From NCBI GenBank assembly GCA_905178155.1, contig CAJINV010000001.1:10472311-10536310 (forward strand): a DNA stretch of 64,000 nt, read 5' to 3'. Below, piece by piece: positions 24,728-35,752 of this stretch. The notes under the pieces were generated by a model, which was given only the letters and a program-made list of their open reading frames with translations, searched no databases and had not been told where the DNA came from. The translations under genes were made by a program, and so were the position numbers. How positions within the stretch are numbered: position 1 is the stretch's first letter; every line of letters begins with the position of its first letter. This DNA is from Amoebophrya sp. A120 (Eukaryota; Protista; Dinoflagellata).

Positions 24728-26719
24728 ATGGCAGCAGCTGGACCAGAATGTATAACAAGCGGGCCCACATGGGTGAAGCGCTTTCCCGGCGTTCCCGCAA
24801 CAGTTACACTCCATACGGTGATCGGGGGAAGGAAAAGCCAGGTACGGATCGTCCTAGAACAGCATGAAGAATCGCCGTGGCCGACAGCAAGCGGAAACCT
24901 TAACTTGTTCTCCGAAACATTTTCATTTATGCATTCAACTTAATATTCAGCATGATTTCCTTTAACTTTTTCATTTTCGCACGAATATCAATCTCACAGG
25001 AAGACCGATTTGTGGTGTGTCCCAAAGTGGCGCCACATTTGGAGAATGCGGCTTTTTTCGGTGTTTTTGACGGCACAGTGGGTGACTTCGCGAGCAATAA
25101 CGTAAAAGACATCGTGGTGCCAATGCTGCGGTCCACTCCAGAATACAAGCAGGTTTGAGAATTTTTCCTGGTTGTTTGTATGTCGCGATCATGCTTTGTG
25201 CACATGCAAAAATGTAAAATAGTAATGGTACAATGAGATGAATCATACGAATGCATACGCATGCACAAAGTGTTCCCGGACATGCTTGTTCTGCTTGATG
25301 CATCTTCATTTGCATGACGACACTGATCCCAAAGCCAAACATGATGAAACGCAGTTGGAGAACGCAACGGACGTTGTGAATCACGAGGAAGCAGTGGACC
25401 TGTTGAAGCGGAGTATGCGAAAAATGTATCACCGAAGTGACGAGGAGTTGCTGCGGCGGTGTGGGGAAAATGAAAAACACTACGCTGCCAGCACGTCTGT
25501 GACCCTACTGCTGTGGCAGGACCACATCTGCGTCGGTCACCTGGGGGACTCCCGCATCTGCTTAATCTACGTGACGGACGAGAACCTGAAACAAATCAAG
25601 GGCGTGCCTGCCGTACCCTCGTCGGACACCGATGCGCAGTCGGAAAACAGCAATCCAGTGCAACAGTCAGGCGACGAAAAGACCGGGGTAGCCAAAACAG
25701 GTAGGTCTTTTTTATGAATCGTTCTTGTTTCTCCGTAAGCTTTGAAGAATCCAGTTTCCATTTTCGTCAACTGAGAAGTGGAGGTCGCACAAAGGTTAAG
25801 GTTCATGATGGCATGGTTCAAAAACCAAATGGAGCTGTGTTTCGAAAGGTTTCTCGTAGATGCTGCGAAGGCGATGTGGAACTATTAAGTAGACGTCGAT
25901 TCTTTTTACACTTGTTGCACCGAATAAATCGCAGGTAGCAAGGAGGGTGTAGGTTACGTGGTGGACGCGCGATTTGCTGCGAGCGGGTCAATAAGAACGG
26001 ATAGCATCCCGGCAAGCAAAGTCGATGAGTTAGTGGAAGGCAACTTTGTCACCCAGGACCATAAGCCGGACCAGGCAGAGGAGAGGGCCAGAATCGAAGC
26101 TGCCGGAGGCAGCGTAGAATATTTGCATAACCACCAGGTACGACTCATGTTGAGCTTTCTCTTTTATTCCATTCATGACCATGATGATGTTCCCATGATC
26201 ATAGTGGTAAGCTGTCACAGGTGAAGATGGTCATTGTGTCTCCATCATGAAGACCAACAAGATAGAGACACTTGCATTGCTTAGATCGTTGCCACTGCTG
26301 TAGTTGCAGGGGGAGAAGTTACTTGTTTCAGTCTCCCGCGACAAAAAATAAAACAGAACAAGCCCTTCATACGCGGTGGTGATTTTCAGCAGAGAAAAAT
26401 GTTAGGCGAGTCTCCCATGCAGCTGCAGTACTCCCGCGCTTTCGGGGGCAAGGATTTGAAACCCTTCGGTCTGATCGGCGACCCCACCGTGAACTGCACC
26501 AAGCGGGAGCGGCAATTTGCAGGATTCGTGCTGGCCAGTGACGGGCTCTGGGACGTGATGACGGCGGACGTGGCCGCCCGGGTTTCCATGAAGGCCTGGC
26601 TGGAGGGAAAAAACCCGTCCGAGGCCCTGGTCAACGCCGCCCTGCACGGCAGCTGTGACAACATCACCGCGGTCTGCGTGATGTACGATACCATTGCGGG
26701 GGAACGCCCCTCCAGTTAG
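24728..26719 (+). CDS. Protein phosphatase 2C (PPM family)
   Basis: Motifs GGRKSQ|EDR, FGVFDG, GHLGDSR, TQDHKP, SRAFG, LASDGLWD and DNIT. GT-AG introns at 24842-24999, 25153-25354, 25701-25934 and 26138-26356. Confidence 0.93.
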
Positions 26720-29030
26720 AAGGAATCTACGTGGCGGATGGTGTACGATGAAATTGGTAAAAGAAAAATAAACTTCAGATGCCATAAGGAAGAAAAAGTA
26801 CTCGTACACACATGTTGATCTTCCTGAACCTGAGCCCCCACCCCGTTTTTGACTTACAAGAGCGTGAACGTCACTTATAATCGAACGGAAGCCCCCCGGC
26901 GCTCATAGAGCTTGTCGTGATCCTAAAAGTAAGAACTAACATACGCCGTTTTTTCATCACGCCAAAGATCACAGTCATGACCCCTTGTTCATTTCCAGCA
27001 CGACGTCATGATTACCTAAAAGAGCATCTAGATCGCTTTTTTGTGAAGTTGTAATAGTCACTGTCACACTACGATAGCATTGATTCATCTATTTTTCGAC
27101 CAAAAAGATGTAGTACTGATTTTTTCTTCTTCAAGCTTCAAACGCCTTTACTTTTACGATATGTCATTCACTGTGTTATATACGATATTGGTTGGTTGTA
27201 CTCTGCGAAAATAGACAGCACCCGAAATAGATATGTTTTCTGGTGTCAATCTCAAGCTCTTGCGCCAGAGAGTCATAGTTACATGGTCGGGGCTTGTTGA
27301 CCTCTCGATTTCTTTTTTTTTACAAGTCGATGTTACAATTTTCCCATGCGAGACCACAAGAAGTTACTTTGCACGCACGATTTTTTTGTCCGGCTAGTCC
27401 GACTATGGCTAGGGATTTCTTGTCAGGCTACGCATGCAGCCGTGAGCATTGGTATCACAAAAACGAGCGGGCCGTGTGCGTTTCCGCCTTTTTTTACACC
27501 AGGAGACGGACAGACTTTATTTTTAGAACAACTTGTACCGTATTGGTCAATAGTATTAGCCACTTTTTGTGCAACGGTTTCGCCGTGGTAACGTTAACGG
27601 ATAGAAAGGCAGACTACCTCGAGGAACTTTTGATAATGAACTCAAGCGAGCATACTGACACATTACCGAAGTTGTAATTGGAGTCTCTCGCTCAACGTCG
27701 ACCTGCATTGAATCCCAAGCGAGCGACGTTGGTTTGGATTCAAAATCTTCCTAGAAGACGCAGACGCAGGCACTTTCTCAGCCACTGACAAGGGCAAGCT
27801 TCATCAATCTCCAAAAGTATGAAGGAACTAAAGAGTCAAATCTTGTTCAACTTTTCTTTGTGTTCAAGCCATTCTAGGGAGAGTCGGGCGAGACATCTAC
27901 CGAGCAGCGTGACAGCATCTTCACGCAGATACGCAGGCGGGCAGGTTCGTTTCAGCTGTGACGCGCGGCCCATCAAGTCCCGGAGAACGTAGCGGCGCGG
28001 GTGTTGGCCATTGTGTTTTCCGCATCTGGCGGGTGCGGGAACCGGATAAATTTCGCGCGCCCACGCGCCCCGCGCGGGTAGCGCTTCGGGCGCATCTCGC
28101 CCGCGCCCGCCCGCCTTCCTGCTTGCCAAGGGGGGCGTCTTTTGTTTCTGTGCCGGGGCAGTTGGCCCCGGCCGATGAGCATCCTGGCGCAACACGAAGG
28201 CACGCCGGAGCCGCCGGCGCCACGCTTCCAGACAGGCTCGCTGCATTCCCCATCCGGATCAGAAACGCGGCGGCGGCTGGCCATGTTGAAGGACCCCGCG
28301 CCGCCCCGTCGCGCTATCTATATCTTCTAGCTGTGGCCTCTGTGCCGCGCGGCTGCCTGGCCCGCCCCCGCGGCCCGGCGCTAGCAACCGGGCCGGGGGG
28401 CGGCGGGGGCCCCGGTGCCCCTACGCGGCGCCCACGGTATTTCCCCCGGCCGGGCCCTTTGGGCCGCCGGTCCGCCGCGGCGGGCGAGGCCCCGAGCGGA
28501 GGGGCCGCCCCCCCGGGCTATTGTAGCCGCAGCGGGAGCGGGGGGGCGGGGGGCGCGGAGCCGTCCCCTTGGCCGCCCCCGCGCTGCGCGCGCCGCCGGC
28601 CGGGGGCGTAGGTACGAACGGGGGGCCAGGGGGGCGGGCGGTATTTGTTCCGGCCGAGGGCCCTCCTTCGCATGTCAATGTCTCCGAGGAACGGCATCGG
28701 GGCGAGCGGGCGAAGGGATGAAAGCGCGGGCGCGCGCCGCGAGTTTGGCGCGGGCCCGCGCCACGCACGCAAGGCAATCGGGCAGGGTCGCCGGGCCCAT
28801 GATGGCGCCCGCCGGTCGGCGCTAGCTTCGCCGGGTGGCCCGCCCCCCTTATCTCTTGCCCGCCGGCCACCGGGGATGGGAGGGTCCCGGGATCTGGCTC
28901 GCCGGCATGGCGGAAGTTACAACCATAACGGGGGGTCTACTCATCGGCTTCAGAACTTTTTGAAAACTTTTCGAAAACTTTTGAAAACAGAGAAAAGCGA
29001 TGACGCGAAACCACCAAGGTCCGACGCCCT

Positions 29031-29880
29031 TTTTTGGCGGCGTGCCGTCGTGTTTCGTGGTCATATATGCTGACCGATAAAAGGCGCGCGCGCTGCCGTC
29101 GGTCACACGTGAGCCACGGGCGGAATACTCTCCGCAGACTTGTAATCTCTTGCGCGCTTGAACAGCGTCGCGCGCCGCCCAAACAGGGCCGCGTCCTTGA
29201 TATATGTAGTCACGCATGACAAGGCTTTGATCCACCCCTTCGCGTTTCGCCTAGGGACAAACGCACTCGGTTGGCCGTGCTGTTTATTTGACCGCGGGAC
29301 AAACGCACTTGGGTGGCCACCCCCCCACCCGGGGCCAGCCCTCCTCCTTTTCGCCTGGCAGGGTCTAGGGTTTAGGGCTTGGCCCTCCTCCTTTTCGCAG
29401 GGCTTGGGTTTTGGTTTAGGGTTTGGGGCTTAGGGCCTAGGGCCTCGGTTCTCAGGCGCAGCGCGCCGGCCTTGAGAGGCGTGTCTGGAGAGGTCCAGGG
29501 GGTGCGCCCCTGCGCCGCGTTGCGTACGTTTGTAAACTCCACAAGAAAAAGCGGCGCAGCCGAAGAAGCAAGCTCTGACTTCTGTTACCTTTTTGGCGCC
29601 TGTGCTGACCCCAGGCACGGCGGCACGCCGCCAGAAAGGAGCGAGAATGCTGAGTCTTCAAAAAGTACAAAAGAAGCGCTACCCAGACACGAAGCAGGGT
29701 GGCACTGCCTGCGAAATAGGCAAAGCTCACGGCTCAGGTTTTGTAGTCTTTTTGGCGCCGTGCCGTCGCGTTTCGTGGTCATATACGCTGACCGATAAAA
29801 GGCGCGCGCGCTGCCGTCGGTCACACGTGAATCGCGGGCGGAATCCCCTCAGCAGATTTTTAATTTATTACGCGTTTGAA
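29031..29880 (+). repeat. Direct repeat pair inside the TIR element (about 29031-29160 and 29749-29880)
   Basis: Both copies contain GCTGACCGATAAAAGGCGCGCGCGCTGCCGTCGGTCACACGTGA, offset 718 bp. Confidence 0.9.
29360..29442 (+). repeat. Degenerate TTTAGGG telomere-like repeats
   Basis: AGGGTCTAGGGTTTAGGG...GGTTTAGGGTTTGGGGCTTAGGGCCTAGGG. Confidence 0.65.
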
Positions 29881-29902
29881 CGGCGTGCCGTCCTGTTTCG
29901 TG

Positions 29903-31210
29903 ATAGGTTTGGACCCCGGAGCCGGGGCGAAAAGTTGTATACTTTACATGCGACGAATAACGTGGGCGGTAACGTTATCCACGGCGGCACCGCGTAGGCA
30001 AAAAAGCGCGCTTTTTCAACTTTTGCTCGAATTCTGAGGCAAAACACGACCTGAGCGCCCATTTTGAAAAGTTTTTTTTTTGCACTTTTGGGCTATATGT
30101 GAAAAACCAAAACCGATGGCATGATGCCGCTTTTCTGGTCCTCGAAAAAACGAATCCCGAGCTAATTCCCGAAAAAAAAAACTTTTAAAAAACTTTTTAA
30201 AAACTTTCTTTTGGGGCACCAAAATCGTGCCGGTTTCAAGCAGAATCCGCCGCGGGGAGCTTCAAGAAGGGAGGCCAGAAAAAAAGTTTTTTCGGGGTTT
30301 TTTCGGGCTCGTTTCGGGCTCACCGAAATAGCACAGCAAAAAAGTCGCACTTTTTGGCCTCCGCCGTACCACCGTGCCAAAGTCAGCATTGCTCCAGCGC
30401 CGATGGTATGCTGGTGGTGTTTTTTTGTTATGTTTTGCCAATGCCGGCGCTTTTGCGTCTGAGTCAAGCTTTTGGGTTTTTTGGTAGTGCAAATAGCTTG
30501 GGCGATGACGGAAAAGCTAGAAGTTGAGTTTAGTGCTAGACTCTGGAAGAGCTGGAGTCGGAGTATGATACTGGATCACGGGGCATCGCTACACTTATTT
30601 CTCGGCTTGATTTCGTGATCATAGGTTTGGACCCGGAGCCGGGGTGGGCAACTGTATACTTTTTTACATGCGAAGAATACCGCTGGCGGTAGCATTATCT
30701 ATGCACGGCGGCGCGGCGTAGGGTAAAACGCGCGAGCTCTCGACTTTTGCTCAAATTCTGAGGCAAGGCGCGACCTTTGCGCCCATTTCAAAAAGTTTGC
30801 TTTGCGCTTTTTCGCTATATCTGGAAAATCAGAAGAAACCGACAGCATGGCGCCACTTTCCTGACCTTCAAAAAAAAACTCCCGAGCTGATTCTGGAAAA
30901 AAAAACTGCTGGAAAACTTTCCAAAAGCTTGCACATGGGGCACCAAAACGGTGCCGGATTCAAGCAGAAGCAGCAGCGGGGAGCTTCGGGAAGGGCGGCC
31001 AGATAAAAAGTTTTTTCGGGTTCGTTTCGGGCTCACCGAGGTAGCACTGTAAGAGCTTGCATTTTTTGGCCTCCACCATACCGCCGTGCCAAAATCAGCA
31101 CTGTTCCGGCGCCGCTGTTAATTATGTTGGTGGTGTTTTTTGTTATGTTTCGCCAATGCCGGCACTTTTGCGATGGAGGGGGTTCGCTGAGTCAAGCTGT
31201 TGGGGTTTTT
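29903..31210 (+). repeat. Diverged direct duplication of about 580 bp (about 29903-30482 and 30621-31210)
   Basis: Collinear anchors ATAGGTTTGGACCC, GGGGCACCAAAA, CGTTTCGGGCTCACCGA and CTGAGTCAAGCT, at offsets of roughly 720-730 bp. Confidence 0.88.
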
Positions 31211-32217
31211 GATGTTTGGCCTCCCTCTTTGATACTATCTACGAACAGAAAGCAAATCTTTTCGGTCTTTTGCCTTGACCAGGAAGCCCGCCGGTGTTGC
31301 AGGCTGAGCCACCAAGCTCGGCGCTGCCTCAACCTTCTCAGGTTCGGGCGTTTTTCACTGCGGCGGAGTGCGCAAACTGGGCACCCACGAAAAGCGCGGG
31401 ACCCCATCGGTCACACTGGAACCGCGATGGCATGCTGGGGCTCGATCTCGTGTTGGCCGTGCAGTCATTGGCCACGAAGTTGCGCGGCAGCTTCTTTGAC
31501 GAGCAGGCCGGCGGGAAATTCAAAGTCTTCGAAAAGTTTTTGAAAAGTTCTGCAAAGTTTAGCACAGACCCCCCGTTATGGTTGTAAGGAAGGAGCAATC
31601 AAGCAGGGTTGGGAGGAGGTGGGCCGGCCGCGCCTTTTGTTGGTTCTCCAGTCCACGCCCACCCGGCCTATTTACCCGCGGCCATATCTATGCTGGCCCG
31701 CCGTTTTTGCGTCTCCCCCCGGCGCTTGCGTTTTTTTTTCGGCGTTCGCGCCGGGGGCAGAAGGCGCGGGCGCGGCAGACTCATTGGCAGCCCCAGTTGG
31801 TTTTGGTTTTCTTGCGTGCGCGCGCCGCCCTCTTTGCCCGTCGCCCCGCCCCGCCGGAATGTTGGCAGGCTGGCTATCTCGCAGGCCATGGCATGTTCAA
31901 ATGGCATGTGGGCCTCTTCGCTGTTTTCGGATCAGCCAGCACCAGCAGACGGCTGCGCATTACTATTTACGCAAGGAGAAAAGCTAGCCAGCCGACCCGG
32001 TGGCCTTCGTCCGCGCTCCTCTATCTTACGGCTGTGTTCTATGTACTAGCAACCGTGACATGTCCATTCGCATAGCTTGTCTGTTTTGGTATTGGTGTTA
32101 CGACTCTGGTATTGGTTCGGCATACCAGCGGTTGCGCAAATGCAGGCGCGTAGCCTTTCTTTGTTTCATTCCTTCGTTCCCAATAACTCGGACTTTGAGT
32201 ATGATCTCGTTTGAGAT

Positions 32218-35073
32218 GTGCAAACCCAGAAGACGCAAGGCGCTATTGTAGGTCAAGTGAAGCCAGCAGGTCCTCTGCACGAATCAGATGTTGATCGACA
32301 ACATGTATCGAACAATGGAAAACCTCAAAAACTTCCCGTTTGCAAAATGGCCACTGTGCTGATAGAGCCAACAGCTATGGGGAGCTTTGGCGTGGGAGCG
32401 CGGCGGCCGACTGCGGCTGCCGGCAGCAACATCATAGGGAGTGTTTCGCAACGTGGGTGTGCGCGAATTCGTCATCAGCCTGATCAGAAAAGCGGGAGCT
32501 GTATCTTTGTTTGCGCAGTCGCCTCTTCTTCGTCCCTGCGGCGACAGGCACAGCGACTTTTTTTGCGCAACGCGTCCGCAAGCGGAAGAGGAAGAGCCGA
32601 CGTGCCCCCTGCCGCTCCCTCTCACGTCCTGCTGTCCCCGCAAAAAAATGCAGGAGTTGGTCTTCACCAGACGCAAGCGCTGAGGATGGAGGAGCAGCGA
32701 GTGCATGGTGACGTCGACACAGCCGACGTTCTGCGGAAGAATGAGCTAGTGCAAGCACCGCTGACGTGGCAACACGGGGGTATGGACTCAAACCAGCAAG
32801 GGACTGTGGACGTGCAAAACTCCTCTCCAGCAGTTGTCACTCTGTATGCCAATCCGATTTGTCGGCAGATGGACGCGCTGCTTCTAAGGGCCGCAACGCT
32901 AGACGACATTCTCTCTCTCCTCGTTTCCCATCGCGGCGTGCTGTTTGTGCACAATCTTGTAACGGCGTTAACGCAGCTGTCGAATCTCGGAAAGATGACT
33001 GGCGCGGAGAGAGTGCGATCTGAGTATGACGTGGATTTCTTGAGCAACGCACAAGTTACCAAAACGCTACACGACAGGAAAATCAACGAGTACTCGCCCG
33101 AGATCCACAGCCGACTTCTGCGCGACGACCGGTTTGAACTTTTGTTGCGTGACCTCAGGGACCACGTCCCAAAGATGCACGCGAGCGCGATCCTCGCAAT
33201 CCAAACAGCGCTGCGCTCGCTCGACCACCGACCGCTGCCATTATGGAGCCGGATGCTTGGGGTGCTGGGGCGCGGGAGTGTGGCAAGTCCGAGTCTTAGT
33301 TTTTCTTCTTGGGAGCAAGCTGGGAAGCAGGTCGCAAAAATCGAACTTGATACAGCTCCCATGGTATCTTTTCCTGATCACACTACTATAGCTGATGATA
33401 ATCCTTCCTTTCCGCACAACGATACCCCGACGGCGATCGCATTGCTGCAAAACTTTCAGTGGTGCGGATATTACGGAAGCAACCGGTTCTACCAGAACTG
33501 TGTCGCTCTTTTCCAACGGGAGCTCGTGACGTGCTCCATGGAAAACCTAACGAGAATAGCCGAATTCTACGCGAATCTGGATGCCTATGAGGCGGTCATC
33601 TTTCGCTTGGTCAATAGCAGAATAACTCAAATACTAGGCGAGGCTGATGAAGATGATGGGAAGACCGAGCTACCATCACGTTTCCATGCGCATTCTGAGT
33701 TTGAAAGCGAAATCTCCATCGAGCAGGCCTCACGGCTGCTGGTCGCTTGCACGAAGCACGCACAGCCGCGGCACGTGGAACGAGGCTGCTGGCTCCTGGG
33801 CGAGAAGGTGTTGCTGCCTTTTTTGGAGAGCCAGCCCCTAGGCAGAATGATCGTGCACCAGGGCAAACAGGATTATTCGCTGCTTTCTCAGTACTGCAAG
33901 GGCGTCCGCGCGCTGCGACAAATTGGGATCTGCATGCCGCGGCTATCCTCCGGTGTCCTACGTGTCGCCGGTTTTGCGTGTCGAGTGGAAAATCGAAGGA
34001 GGACACGTTCGATTCGGCCAGATATGGCCTGCGGCTTGCTGGAAACTGTGGGCTATTTCGGTGCTTGGACCACATCCGAAGCGGTCCAAGGCGGAAGTGC
34101 TCACAATGTTGCTGCGCCTGGTAAGAACGTTGACAACTCTAGAGGAACTTCTGTATTTGACATACAGTCGACCGCTTGCAAAGCGGCCCTAGACAGTCAC
34201 ATAGCGCCCTTGCTTCTCTACGTCGAGCGACACGTTGACCTGGTCACGGAGCAAGGTGCGATCGACGCGACATTTTTTCTCGCATCCGCCGGGGGAGAAA
34301 AAATCCAGCGATACAAGTACCTCTTACGCCTTCTGTTCCAGAAAATTGGACAAGGTACCATATGGGAAAGGCAGAAGCGGAAGGTGTTTACGCTTTTTCT
34401 CGCGCAGTGCCTGCAGTTCCCGCACTTGGATGCGCAGCTGCCGTCGCGCTGTTTGAACGAAGGGCTGCGCGCCTGGAGCCTTCACCGTACGGACAACAGC
34501 GAGTTGGCACAGGAGCTGTGCGGCCTGCTGGTCCAACAAGCGAAACAAAGACAGGCAGATGAGGCGGTTAGTAAAAATGGCAAGTCCCTGCCAGCTGGTG
34601 GTTTCAATCCAGACCGCTCTGTAATACTTCCAGAAGCAAACAGTGCCGAAGAGGCGAGCAAGAACGGAGGCGATGTGAGCATGAGCCACGGCGAGGAAAT
34701 AAAAACTCTTCCTGACCTAGACTTTTTCCTCGGCGCGCCTTCGGAAGTTGTCCTGCAGTATTACTTCGAAGACACTCCCTACACCGTCGACCTGTATTTT
34801 CCCCGTTTGCGCACCGGCGTGGTTTTCACAAACGAGATGTCCAGGTCCTTAAGCTCGTCGATACATGAAAAAGCGCAAACTACCTTCCCCGCGGGCGGAC
34901 ACCGGCTCCAGGCCGTGCATCTACGGGAGCGAGGGTATAACTTGCTGACTCTTCCAACAAGCGATTGGCGTAACATGAGTGCGGCTGAGAAAGAACTGAC
35001 TGCGGCACAGTTGTGGGAGAAAATCCGAAATCAGAAATTTGCCTCAGTCACTCCTACAAGTCCTTGCAACTAG
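32218..35073 (+). CDS. RAP-domain helical-repeat RNA-binding protein (probably organellar)
   Basis: Intronless 951-aa ORF, Leu-rich and helical, ending in a RAP-like signature: PYTVDLYFP...HRLQAVHLRERGYNLLTLPTSDW. Start uncertain. Confidence 0.7.
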   Translation: MQTQKTQGAIVGQVKPAGPLHESDVDRQHVSNNGKPQKLPVCKMATVLIEPTAMGSFGVGARRPTAAAGSNIIGSVSQRGCARIRHQPDQKSGSCIFVCAVASSSSLRRQAQRLFLRNASASGRGRADVPPAAPSHVLLSPQKNAGVGLHQTQALRMEEQRVHGDVDTADVLRKNELVQAPLTWQHGGMDSNQQGTVDVQNSSPAVVTLYANPICRQMDALLLRAATLDDILSLLVSHRGVLFVHNLVTALTQLSNLGKMTGAERVRSEYDVDFLSNAQVTKTLHDRKINEYSPEIHSRLLRDDRFELLLRDLRDHVPKMHASAILAIQTALRSLDHRPLPLWSRMLGVLGRGSVASPSLSFSSWEQAGKQVAKIELDTAPMVSFPDHTTIADDNPSFPHNDTPTAIALLQNFQWCGYYGSNRFYQNCVALFQRELVTCSMENLTRIAEFYANLDAYEAVIFRLVNSRITQILGEADEDDGKTELPSRFHAHSEFESEISIEQASRLLVACTKHAQPRHVERGCWLLGEKVLLPFLESQPLGRMIVHQGKQDYSLLSQYCKGVRALRQIGICMPRLSSGVLRVAGFACRVENRRRTRSIRPDMACGLLETVGYFGAWTTSEAVQGGSAHNVAAPGKNVDNSRGTSVFDIQSTACKAALDSHIAPLLLYVERHVDLVTEQGAIDATFFLASAGGEKIQRYKYLLRLLFQKIGQGTIWERQKRKVFTLFLAQCLQFPHLDAQLPSRCLNEGLRAWSLHRTDNSELAQELCGLLVQQAKQRQADEAVSKNGKSLPAGGFNPDRSVILPEANSAEEASKNGGDVSMSHGEEIKTLPDLDFFLGAPSEVVLQYYFEDTPYTVDLYFPRLRTGVVFTNEMSRSLSSSIHEKAQTTFPAGGHRLQAVHLRERGYNLLTLPTSDWRNMSAAEKELTAAQLWEKIRNQKFASVTPTSPCN

Positions 35074-35752
35074 AAGCTGAAGTACAAGTTCGATTTCCAC
35101 CCTAGAAACGCTTGCTCTTCCCCTCCCTCATCGCAAAAAATGCACAGCGTGACGAGCTCGTTTTGTTGCTTTTCGTGCATGTATGATTCAGCTGCTCATT
35201 CATAGAGAAGAACGAAAAATCTCAATTGATCTCAATTCCGTCCGACTTTCTTTTTGTCTGGTGCCAAAAAAATCTGTGTTGTTCTACTTGAGGCCACGTT
35301 TACATCAGTCGACATGTCGTGCATCGAAAGCTGTGATCACCTTCGCGCAGTCAAAAATCCTCAAAATAACGAAGTAGCGTCCACCTGAATCCGATCTCGT
35401 ATAAAATCTTCGAGCTTGGCACTTCGACTTCTCACCGTGATTTCATGTGCATGTCCTTTTCGCTCGTGACCAGACGTAGCTGCGGATCCAAAAGTGTATT
35501 GCATTGAAGTCAACTACACCAGTTTCAGGCCAAGCACAAGCTCTTGGCTTCGTGGCACAGAAGTGCAGCATTCGGATTCGGACTGATATTAACATGTAGC
35601 TCCTGATCCAAGTAGAGCTAAAGAGCTTAGTCTTCTGTCGTGGCCAAAAGCAAGAAGCAAGTAGCAGCGGCGTGCCAGCACCTGTTTTCTAAAGCTTCTC
35701 TTGACGGAACTGCGTTTACGTAAATAAATCGTATGCCTCACACACCACGTTC

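Larger units (their letters stand above)
28917..31587. mobile_element. Non-autonomous TIR DNA transposon, 2671 bp, with 5-bp TSD
   Basis: Perfect 22-bp TIR TTACAACCATAACGGGGGGTCT at 28917-28938 and 31566-31587, plus a subterminal inverted match (CAGAACTTTT...AACTTTTCGAA). TSD GGAAG at 28912-28916 and 31588-31592. No transposase-like ORF. Confidence 0.88.

Noticed and set aside
27836-32075. Many 100-217 aa ORFs as a candidate transposase
   Set aside because: They are G/P/A/R-rich products of high GC or repeats, with no DDE or DNA-binding motif.
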